The position numbers and the translations under genes are program-made. The notes below the pieces were generated by a model. That model was not told the origin of the DNA. It did not search any database and saw only the letters and a program-made list of their open reading frames with translations. A stretch of DNA of 64,000 bases from Candidatus Poribacteria bacterium (GTDB lineage Bacteria; Poribacteria; WGA-4E; WGA-3G): NCBI GenBank assembly GCA_965198235.1, contig OZ240248.1:3104001-3168000 (forward strand), written 5' to 3'. Of the stretch, positions 10,134 through 18,513 are shown in pieces (the first letter of the stretch is position 1; every line of letters starts with the position of its first letter).

Positions 10134-10300
10134 TTTCCTCCTATCACTTTCTGCGTAATATTGCTATTTCGTCCCTCAACGGTCCTCTTCTTCTGTAGGA
10201 GCGAGTGTTTTTGCTTGGGTGTTTCCCTCAGGCTCGCGATCTTGCTGACAACTGACCCGCTGACCCCCCTTCTTCTGTAGGAGCGAGCTGTGCTCGCGAT

Positions 10301-10822
10301 CTATTCTTTTTCTAACGCCGCAAGTGTAAAAACGGATGCGAACGAACAACCGATCGCATTAATTTTCGCCGCGCCGCCTGCCTGTCGATCGATGGCTGCT
10401 ACAACGTGTTCCACCGTATATCCCTCCGCGCGGATCTGCTCAATGGACGTACAAACTTGTCCCGCAGTCGTAATTACATCCTCTATAACAACGAGCGTGC
10501 TTCCTTCTTTAACACCGCCTTCTATGAGGTTGCACGTTCCGTACGTTTTCGCTTCCTTCCGTACGTAGAAACAGGGGAGTCCGGTTTGCAACGAGAGGGC
10601 AGTCGCGAGCGGAATACCCCCTAATTCTAAGCCTGCCAAACCGTCGCATTCGGATGGCAGCAATTTCGCCATCTCTTCGGCAATAGCAGTGAGCAGCGCA
10701 GGGTTGCTCTCGAACCGGTATTTGTCCCAATAGAAGTTGCTGATGTTCCCAGAACGGAGTACGAATTCTCCTGTAAGATATGAGACAGCGCGTATCTGTT
10801 TCGCGAGTTCTGTTTTTGTCAT
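10301..10822 (-). CDS. pyrE: Orotate phosphoribosyltransferase
   Basis: GEFVLRSG, RKEAKTYGT and the PRPP-binding motif VVIEDVITT. Confidence 0.9.
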   Translation of the reverse strand: MTKTELAKQIRAVSYLTGEFVLRSGNISNFYWDKYRFESNPALLTAIAEEMAKLLPSECDGLAGLELGGIPLATALSLQTGLPCFYVRKEAKTYGTCNLIEGGVKEGSTLVVIEDVITTAGQVCTSIEQIRAEGYTVEHVVAAIDRQAGGAAKINAIGCSFASVFTLAALEKE

Positions 10823-11124
10823 TCTTTAATTTATTGCTTTTAGTCTGCCCTCCATTTCATTACGGGCAGGTTTTCGGTGCAGTCAATATCCAAACTTAAA
10901 TAGATGCAGGTTTTTAGAGGAGTAGTTGTAGGTATTGGGTGCTCCTATCCCCTTAAAAAACCGTAGATATCCTCAATCGCGTCGGAATTCACCAGATACC
11001 ACCGTGAAATGAAATTAGGTTTCCTTAAATGGCATAATTTTGCTTCGCAGTGTCCCGCAGGTTTCCTATAGAGGAAACTTGCGCAGAATGCTTTACATTT
11101 GGAACGGTGACCAGAGTTAATAGT

Positions 11125-12168
11125 TTAAAATACCTCAATGTGTGCGGTATCTTCTCCCATTACTTCTCCGATAACAGCCGCCTCTGGACAATCAGCCGCA
11201 TGGAGTTCCGCTATCGCCGCGTCGGCGTTCTCTGCGGAAAGTGAAAACAGCAGACCGCCAGACGTTTCCGCCTCCATCAAAATATGATGCATCGCGTCGC
11301 TATCGGTGTGGAAGGTAACCTTATCTGCGAGGAACGTCATATTCGCAAGGTAGGCTTGCGTGTAGGTGTCCTGTGCAACGAGTGCGGGAGCATCGGCAAA
11401 GTAAGGCACAGCACTGCTATCGATCTTTAGGCGAACATCGTTGCCCGCTGCCATTTCCGACGCATGTCCCAACAAGCCGTATCCTGTGACATCTGTACAC
11501 GCACTGGCACCGTACTTCAGCATTACTGCTGATGCAGAGGCATTGAGTCGGGTCATCGATTCGACGAGTTGCGGTAAGATGGCATCGCTGATTTTATCAA
11601 ATTTCAGTCCTGTGGTGAGGATACCGATACCGAGGTTTTTGGTAAGAATCAGCACTTCACCGGGACGCGCACCGTAGTTCTTGACGAATTTCTCTGGATG
11701 CACGATACCCGTTACAGAGAGTCCGTACATCAGTTCTGGGGAATCGACCGTATGTCCACCGACGAGTGCCGCACCCGCCTCAATAGCCTTTTCGGTGCCA
11801 CCTTCGACAATATCGCCGAGGATGGATAGATCCAAGTCAGCCTTGGGCCAGCAGGTGATATTCAATGCCGTTTTCGGAACGCCGCCCATACTGTAGACAT
11901 CACTCAGTGAATTCGTCGCGGCGATCGCACCGAAGGTATATGGATCATCCACGATAGGCGTGAAGTAGTCCACTGTGTTAACGAGAGCGAGTTCGTCAGA
12001 AATGCGGTAGATTCCAGCGTCATCGGAGGTTTCAGTGCCGACAAGTAGGTTCGGATCCGTGGATTTCGGGATTTTACCTAAAATGTGCGCAAGCTCACCC
12101 GGAGCGAGTTTTGATGCTCACCCGGCACATTTGACGGTCGCTGTGAGTCGGATTTTCTCTTGTGTCAT
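11125..12168 (-). CDS. selD: Selenide, water dikinase (selenophosphate synthetase), selenocysteine-containing
   Basis: ATG at 12168 reads MTQEKIRLTATVKCAG-UGA-ASKLAPGEL...DDAGIY...TVDYFTPIVDDP, in frame with ORF 11125..11973. The UGA (12118-12120) sits at the conserved active-site Cys/Sec position. Confidence 0.93.
12087..12117 (-). promoter_or_regulatory. Candidate bacterial SECIS hairpin immediately 3' of the Sec codon
   Basis: The mRNA after UGA reads gcaucaaaacucgcuccgggugagcuugc; cucgc/gugag can form a stem closing a G-containing loop. Confidence 0.55.
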
Positions 12169-12328
12169 AATAGACACCTCGCATTGTCCCGCAAGCCTCT
12201 ATAGGCTTGCGCAGAGCAGTTTTCAGTTTGCCTTGCAGTAAGAGTTTTGGAGTCATTAGCCTGCTTCGTAGTGAGAACAAAGCAGTTTTTTTGCTGATGG
12301 CTGACCGCTGACTGCTGATTGCTAACTG

Positions 12329-13225
12329 TTATTGCAGATCGGACAAAACAGATTTCACGTACGCCACACTCCGACCATCTTGGTGGAACTGGTCGCCGTC
12401 GCGTATACCTTCGATTGCCAGATACCCATCGTAGTTGACATCTAATAACGCCGCAATCGCGAAACGGTAGTCGATTTCACCGTCAGGCAACGTGGCTTGG
12501 ACGTAGATAGCCGTTTCCAGATCCGGGATATGCACGCGATAGAGGCTCTTGCAATGCCAATAGTTGACGTGCTGCGCGAGCGCAGCGATCGCATCTTCGC
12601 ACGATTCCTCTGGAGTATCGTAAGTCCAATAGATGTTGCCTAAGTCGGGATTCACACCGACGTTCGGGGCATCGATTAATTCTAACAGATGCAGTGCCGA
12701 CCAGCTGTTATCCGCAATCGAGTTTTGATGGATTTCTATGGAGATCTCTACCCCTTGATCTGCGGCGATACCGGCGACTTTGCTCACGGCTTTTGCGGTG
12801 CGTTCATAATCCACTGCGCTCGCGAGGCGACTTGACCCTTGCGAGACGGATTCGCCGCGATACGTGCCTTTACCGTTCGGATCGCGGGGTGGCGTGGTAA
12901 CCGTGGAATTGACAACGCCCGCGCCAATCTTCGCAGCGAAATGAACAGCGTTTATCATACTTTGCTTGTTAGCAGCAGCGACACGCGGATGTGCGGCACC
13001 GCCACCGCCGCGAATCGCAACGCATGGAATACCAGCGTCTTCAAGCTCCGAACGGAGCGTCGCAGCTTCAGCGTCAGGAAGGTTGATCGCGGGAAGTTCA
13101 ATTCCATCGAATCCAATCGCTTTGGCATGATCCAAAAACCGTCGTCGGTCTGCCGCATCGGTGGGTAACCCGTCACCGTTGTAAGGGTACGATGCACATC
13201 GTCTAAAAGCGTACGCAATCTTCAT
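12329..13225 (-). CDS. Sugar phosphate isomerase/epimerase (xylose isomerase-like TIM barrel)
   Basis: GFDGIE, IEIH, NPDLGN, HCKS and YDGYLAIE motifs. Confidence 0.85.
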   Translation of the reverse strand: MKIAYAFRRCASYPYNGDGLPTDAADRRRFLDHAKAIGFDGIELPAINLPDAEAATLRSELEDAGIPCVAIRGGGGAAHPRVAAANKQSMINAVHFAAKIGAGVVNSTVTTPPRDPNGKGTYRGESVSQGSSRLASAVDYERTAKAVSKVAGIAADQGVEISIEIHQNSIADNSWSALHLLELIDAPNVGVNPDLGNIYWTYDTPEESCEDAIAALAQHVNYWHCKSLYRVHIPDLETAIYVQATLPDGEIDYRFAIAALLDVNYDGYLAIEGIRDGDQFHQDGRSVAYVKSVLSDLQ

Positions 13226-13938
13226 TAAGTTTCTCCTTCAAAGAGGTATGCTACAGCCTGCTGAAACTGTCGAAAGAGTTGAGGGTTTACAGCATCTATT
13301 GCTGCGGGAGTCTTCCGAGCGTCGTTGCTATCGGAGGGTTCTTGTTGAGGTGCGATGTCATTTCCGTCGGATTGGGCATTCGCACCGCTGTCATGTTTAG
13401 ATAGTTTACCACGTACCGCGCTTTTTTGTAAAGCCGCGTCTCGATCGGCGATCGCACCGAGAATACTGCGGTAATACCACGCCTGATCCTCGACACCGCC
13501 GTGAAACCGATCCCATACGGCATCACCGATGACATCGTACTCTGAAATAATCGTGCGTAGGTTATGAAGTTTGTCGGCGCATGTTACGGTGCAGACCTCA
13601 GGACTCGCGGTTCGTAACGCTTCAATCCGTTCGGTCTTGCGGGCGCGCCACCGCAACGCTTTGTTTTCTGAGCAGCCTTCGACAATGTTTGCGATAGCGT
13701 CGCCAAAGCGTTCTCGAATGGATTCCAGTGTCAGATCGGTGTCCTCGACGGTATCGTGCAGGATACCAGCAATAATCATGGCTTCGGTGCATCCTGCTGC
13801 CATTAAAATGATGCCGACGGCGTAAGGGTGTGTGATATAGGGCGTGCAAGTGCCTTTCCGATATTGCCCTTGATGGGCTTCAGCGGCGACTTCTATCGCT
13901 TCTTCGATCTGGTTTTTCCGGGTACCGTTCTGCGTCAT
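13225..13938 (-). CDS. Stand-alone HD-domain protein of RelA/SpoT hydrolase (Mesh1/SAH) type
   Basis: HQGQYRK, PYITHP, LHDTVEDT and ADKLHN motifs; no synthetase domain. Confidence 0.85.
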   Translation of the reverse strand: MTQNGTRKNQIEEAIEVAAEAHQGQYRKGTCTPYITHPYAVGIILMAAGCTEAMIIAGILHDTVEDTDLTLESIRERFGDAIANIVEGCSENKALRWRARKTERIEALRTASPEVCTVTCADKLHNLRTIISEYDVIGDAVWDRFHGGVEDQAWYYRSILGAIADRDAALQKSAVRGKLSKHDSGANAQSDGNDIAPQQEPSDSNDARKTPAAIDAVNPQLFRQFQQAVAYLFEGET

Positions 13939-14056
13939 GCGTCGTGTCGTGACTCCGATTCGTGCCTATACTGCCTGAATTTGCTGTTAAAAAATAAAAG
14001 ACTTAAACGTTGTTAAATGATACACTATTTCCCTGAACCCGTCAAGGTGTTTTTTC

Positions 14057-14345
14057 GTTTTCAGTTATCGGTTATGGGTTATCAGTTAAGAGATTATCGC
14101 CGAACAGAAGTATCTTTCAACTGAAAACTGACAAGTCAGGACTTACGCAAATTGAGCACACGGTGGTAGATTTTGCCTTTTAAACCCCCTAAATCCCTCT
14201 TATCAGAGGGACTTCTGAACGCGCTGCGTAAATCCTACAAGTAACAACCCCGTAGAATGAATCTCTGAATCCCGACATCTGACTGCTGATAACTGACTGC
14301 TATTCTGCTGACAACTGACAACTGATAACTGATAACCGACAACTA
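14057..14345. repeat. Mosaic intergenic repeat bounded by inverted 7-mer tandem arrays (TTATCAG/CTGATAA type)
   Basis: ttcagttatcggttatgggttatcagtt on the left and actgactgc...actgacaactgataactgataaccgac on the right. Similar arrays occur at about 9170-9356, 12290-12328, 21860-21900, 22655-22715, 36295-36480 and 42180-42280. Confidence 0.8.
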
Positions 14346-14360
14346 ACACAAGGAAATATT

Positions 14361-15821
14361 ATGACAACACTTGCTATCGCTGGCATCATGCACGAATCTA
14401 ACACATTTAGCGACACCCCGACCGATGCCGCTGCGTTCTCCCAAACCTATGCCAGTAATATGATAAAGCGCTGGGAAGAAGCACATCACGAAATAAGTGG
14501 ATTTATTCAAGGCGCGACAGAGTTCGATTATACGATTTATCCGATCTTCATGGCTTCTGCCATGCCAGCAGGACGCGTGACGGACGATGTGTTTGACCGG
14601 CTCACTGAGATGTTAATCCAGCACCTCAAAGCCGCACCGAAACATGAAGGACTCCTCCTCGCACTGCACGGCGCGATGGTCGTCGAGAGTTATCCCGACG
14701 GCGATGGCGAGGTGTTACGCCGGCTTCGGGATGCCTTCGGTCGAGACTTCCCGATTGTTGTCACGCTTGATCAGCACGTGAACGTCTCTGAGCAGATGGT
14801 CGCCGAATCGACGGCACTCGTGATTTACAAGACAACGCCGCACATCGATCAACGCCAACGCGGACTACAGGCAGCAGAATTGATGATGCGAATACTCCGG
14901 GAAGGGGTTACACCAACGCAAGCACTCGCCAAACCACCGATGCTCCTCAATATCCTGTATCATGTCACCAGCGTGCCACCGATGGCACCTATTCTCAACG
15001 CCGCGAAGCAGTTAGAAGAAGATCCGAGTATCCTCGTCGGAAACGTCGCCGTGGGCTATCCGTATGCCGATGTCCATGAGGCGGGACCGTCCTTCGTTGT
15101 TGTCACTGACGACGACCCGCAACTCGCGCAAAGTGAAGCCGATCGCCTATCCGACATGCTATGGAATGTCCGCGGACAACTCACGCTCGATCTTCCCGAT
15201 GCCGCGCAGGCAGTCGAGCAAGCCATCCAATCTGAAAGCCCTCCCGTTATTCTTGTCGAAATGGGTGATAATATAGGCGGTGGCTCACCGGGGGATAGCA
15301 CCTTCATTTTAGCGGAGCTGGTCCGGCAGGGAGCATCCGGATTTGCCGTTGTCGTCTTTGACCCAGAGGCTGTCCAAAGTTGTATTCAGGCGGGTGTCGG
15401 TGGGAATGTTTCCCTTGAAGTCGGCGGAAAAGCGGACAACCAACACGGGGACCCCGTCCCGATTCGCGGCAATGTTCGCCTCATCCATGACGGTCAGTTC
15501 ATAGAGACACAGCCTCGGCACGGTGGACAGAGATACCACGATCAAGGCTTGACGACTGTCGTTGCGGTAGGGGATTCTTTGGTTGTGCTGACGAGTCAGC
15601 GACAGACACCGTTTAGTCTCCAGCAGTTGTTGAGCCTCGGCATCGATCCGACGGAGATGCGGATGATCGTCGTCAAAGCCGCGGTCGCCTACCGCGCCGC
15701 CTATGAACCCATCGCCGGGCAGATTATCGAGGTAGACACACCCGGGCTGACCGCAGTGAACCCACTACACTTTGAATATCATGACATCCGGCGACCGCTG
15801 TTTCCATTAGATGACGTGTAG
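14361..15821 (+). CDS. M81 family metallopeptidase (MlrC-like)
   Basis: HESNTF, LALHGAMV, DGDGE, PHID and GDNIGGG motifs. Confidence 0.9.
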   Translation: MTTLAIAGIMHESNTFSDTPTDAAAFSQTYASNMIKRWEEAHHEISGFIQGATEFDYTIYPIFMASAMPAGRVTDDVFDRLTEMLIQHLKAAPKHEGLLLALHGAMVVESYPDGDGEVLRRLRDAFGRDFPIVVTLDQHVNVSEQMVAESTALVIYKTTPHIDQRQRGLQAAELMMRILREGVTPTQALAKPPMLLNILYHVTSVPPMAPILNAAKQLEEDPSILVGNVAVGYPYADVHEAGPSFVVVTDDDPQLAQSEADRLSDMLWNVRGQLTLDLPDAAQAVEQAIQSESPPVILVEMGDNIGGGSPGDSTFILAELVRQGASGFAVVVFDPEAVQSCIQAGVGGNVSLEVGGKADNQHGDPVPIRGNVRLIHDGQFIETQPRHGGQRYHDQGLTTVVAVGDSLVVLTSQRQTPFSLQQLLSLGIDPTEMRMIVVKAAVAYRAAYEPIAGQIIEVDTPGLTAVNPLHFEYHDIRRPLFPLDDV

Positions 15822-15831
15822 GAATATTTTT

Positions 15832-15958
15832 GTCTGAATCGCAGATTCTCACGGATGACGCGGATTGAAAGAGGTTTTGGTATGTAGATCGTCGTAGCCC
15901 GTAGGGGCGGTATCTATGTAGAACCGCGTCCACCCACACATCTTAGCCCCAGCGGGGC
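15832..15958 (+). repeat. About 130-bp composite repeat (9-mer cggatgac array plus two REP hairpins); direct copy at about 18172-18306
   Basis: gtctgaatcgc..cggatgacgcggattg..aagaggtttt..tatgtagat.gtcgtagccccgtaggggcggtatct..cccacacatcttagccccagcgggg occurs at both sites. Confidence 0.85.
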
Positions 15959-16098
15959 GACAGGTGTATGACTGCCCGATTTCCTGTGTAACGAAACATT
16001 GGCATCAATGGCTAATATGCTGTACAATAATTTATGGATATCCCGTTGATTATAGGCGCGGCTTGCAACCGCACCGGGTTGAACAAGGAGGTAAAACC

Positions 16099-16716
16099 GT
16101 GGCATTTAGCGATTTCAAAACACTCTCTGAAGTGCAAGAGAAATTCAGAATTACATACGCCGAAGATGACTTCGTCATGGCTGAAACGTCACCCCCTTCG
16201 GCAGAATTCCTACGAGACTTTGAATTTACCCGAGAGCATATCCATGTTTTAGCGTCTGAAGCAGCGCGGTGTGAGACAATTATTTTCCCTGTTCTGAAGG
16301 AGAGTTACAAAGCCTATGCCGATCGATACGCCCTCTGGATAAAGCAATCCATTGCTTACGATGAGGTCTTAAATGGAACGCCAGACTATTTTATCTCTAC
16401 TCGATCTGAATTGGGCAAAACCGTTATAGGAAGTCCGCTGATACTCCTTGTTGAGGCAAAAAAAAACGACTTTGAGCAGGGATGGGGGCAATGTCTGGCA
16501 GAGTTAGTCGCTGCCCAAAAAATAAATGCAAAAAAAATGGATGACGGTACTACTTTCCCCGTATACGGCATTGTCACCGATGGAACGCTGTGGCAATTTG
16601 GACGACTTATCGGAGATACCTTTACCCAAAACAGAACGGACTTTGCGCTGGCTAGCTTACCGACACTTTTTGGAGCGGTTGATTCTGTGTTCAAAGCCGT
16701 AACAGGTATGAATTGA
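16099..16716 (+). CDS. PD-(D/E)xK-fold hypothetical protein (restriction endonuclease-like)
   Basis: GTG start after the AAGGAGG RBS; GTPDY...VEAKK..FEQGWGQCLAE and VYGIVTDG.LWQF motifs. Confidence 0.7.
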   Translation: MAFSDFKTLSEVQEKFRITYAEDDFVMAETSPPSAEFLRDFEFTREHIHVLASEAARCETIIFPVLKESYKAYADRYALWIKQSIAYDEVLNGTPDYFISTRSELGKTVIGSPLILLVEAKKNDFEQGWGQCLAELVAAQKINAKKMDDGTTFPVYGIVTDGTLWQFGRLIGDTFTQNRTDFALASLPTLFGAVDSVFKAVTGMN

Positions 16717-16741
16717 AAAGGTGCATTAGGAACAGCATATT

Positions 16742-17551
16742 TTAGGTGCGTGCTTGCAGGCGGGCGAGTTGCTCTCGAAGTTGTGCGGCTTCTGCTTCCG
16801 CTTGCTGTCGTGCGTTAGCTTCTTGTTGGGCGCGTGCTTCTGCAGTCTCGGCGCGTGCTTCTGCAGTCTCGGCACGGGCTTCTGCAGTCTCGGCACGGGC
16901 GGTTTCCTCCTGTCGTGCGTTAGCTTCTTGTTGGGCGCGTGCCTCTGCAGCCTCGGCAGCGGTTTGGATCCACTCCCCCGCAGCCGGAGAATAAATTCCT
17001 AAATGCTCACCACGCAAGTGGAAATCTAAATCCAACACACTTGAGCGGATCCCATCCTCAGCACCCGCCGGAATATTTACATACGCACCATTAATCAACT
17101 CAAACCCCATCAACTGGGATGGTAAATAAAGTCCCTCCGCATCATATAGGAAATAGTCACCAATACCCAATCTCGCGTATATTTCCATCTTACTTGTTAA
17201 ATCATTCTCAAAGGTGCTTTCGCTTGTGAACTCCATCACAAAGTCCGGGGACTTCCCTTCCTCCCATATCTTATAGGTGCGTCGCTTCTTGTTGCCTATC
17301 CCGAAAGCAACGAGGACATCTGGTGAAACTGCTGTGCGATGTGGGCCCTCTACGTCATACATCATAATATCGCCGGAGATATAGACCCCCGGCACTCGCG
17401 AAAAATGTGCCTCAAGTGCCTGTAGTGTCCAGATGAGCAAGGCTCTGTGAAGGTCAGTAGCCGCCATAGGTTTTCCATCCGTTTCAGGGTAAAGTTCCGC
17501 CGCGTCTGTGGGTACGTAAGGAATCTGGTCCCTGTTTGGGTAAGTCGCCAT
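16742..17551 (-). CDS. Uma2 family endonuclease with coiled-coil repeat tail
   Basis: YPETDGKPMA, SPDVLV, PDFVMEFTS and YFLYD motifs; C-terminal AETAEAR repeats. Confidence 0.9.
   Translation of the reverse strand: MATYPNRDQIPYVPTDAAELYPETDGKPMAATDLHRALLIWTLQALEAHFSRVPGVYISGDIMMYDVEGPHRTAVSPDVLVAFGIGNKKRRTYKIWEEGKSPDFVMEFTSESTFENDLTSKMEIYARLGIGDYFLYDAEGLYLPSQLMGFELINGAYVNIPAGAEDGIRSSVLDLDFHLRGEHLGIYSPAAGEWIQTAAEAAEARAQQEANARQEETARAETAEARAETAEARAETAEARAQQEANARQQAEAEAAQLREQLARLQART
16800..16960 (-). repeat. Coding 21-bp tandem repeat (AETAEAR / AQQEANAR)
   Basis: cttctgcagtctcggc(g/a)cg repeated three times, flanked by duplicated tgtcgtgcgttagcttcttgttgggcgcgtgc. Confidence 0.85.
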
Positions 17552-18513
17552 TATGTGTTTCTCCTGTTCCGTAAGATGCCTGAAAACAGGTGTTAAGGTT
17601 TTAACTCTGGGGTTGCATCGTGTGTTAAGTATATCCTAAAATCGCGGTTTTGTCAAGGATTTTTCAATGTTGCATAGGGGCATTCAGTTCTTCTGTAGGA
17701 GGGGGAAACACCCAAGCAAAAACACTCCGAATCCAGACTTCTATCCCTCCGATAGGCACGATTCACGGAGGCTTCACGGAGGGTTTTCTAAGGTCAGGTG
17801 GGACGTGGGTTCGTGAAACGCAACATGTCCTTTCTCCGTGAAAATACGAAATGATAAATTAGAATTAACGAAATATCTCATACAAATAGTGCCGTAGGGA
17901 CGATGTGTTTATAGAATATTTTGTCTGAATCGCGGATTGTCGCGGATGACACGGATGACGCGGATTTTTTATTGTGGGGGGTCGTTGTCTGAATCAGGAT
18001 TTTCAGGATTAAAGGATTTGCAGGAGAGTCGCCAATAGCCCTCTTTGCTCCAGCAGAGCAATATTGTTTCGCAGTGAGAATAGCAAAGGATACCCCGTAA
18101 TACCCGCAAGCCGAAGAAAGTGCTATGTGGCTCGTTTACCCTATGTGTAATGGTTGTTGATGGTTGTTTTCGTCTGAATCGCGGATTGTCGCGGATGACA
18201 CGGATGACGCGGATTGGAAGAGGTTTTAGTATGTAGATTGTCGTAGCCCCGTAGGGGCGGTATCTGTGTAGAAACTCGCCACCCACACATCTTAGCCCCA
18301 GCGGGGGTTTTTGCTTGGGTGTTTCTTCAAAATATGTGCATAGAACCGCTTTCCAATGGCTGGTGATCCAACGCGGCAAGACAAACATTGAGCATATTTT
18401 CCACCTCTTCCCGCGTATCATCACGCAACGGACCCGAAAGTGCCGCACAATAAAGACTTGGTTTCATGAAGGGTCTGCAACGTTCAAAGCTCTCTAATCC
18501 TGCAAATCCTGAT

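Noticed and set aside
11974-12168. selD as a nonsense pseudogene
   Set aside because: The UGA coincides with the catalytic Cys/Sec position and the flanking sequence is intact.
16800-16960. Tandem repeats as a possible CRISPR array
   Set aside because: They are contiguous 21-bp coding repeats without unique spacers. No regularly spaced repeat-spacer array or cas gene was seen anywhere in the window.
17969-18448. 159-aa minus-strand ORF
   Set aside because: It is composed largely of repeat-derived sequence (IRVIRVIRDNPR, HRYRPYG) with no recognisable domain.
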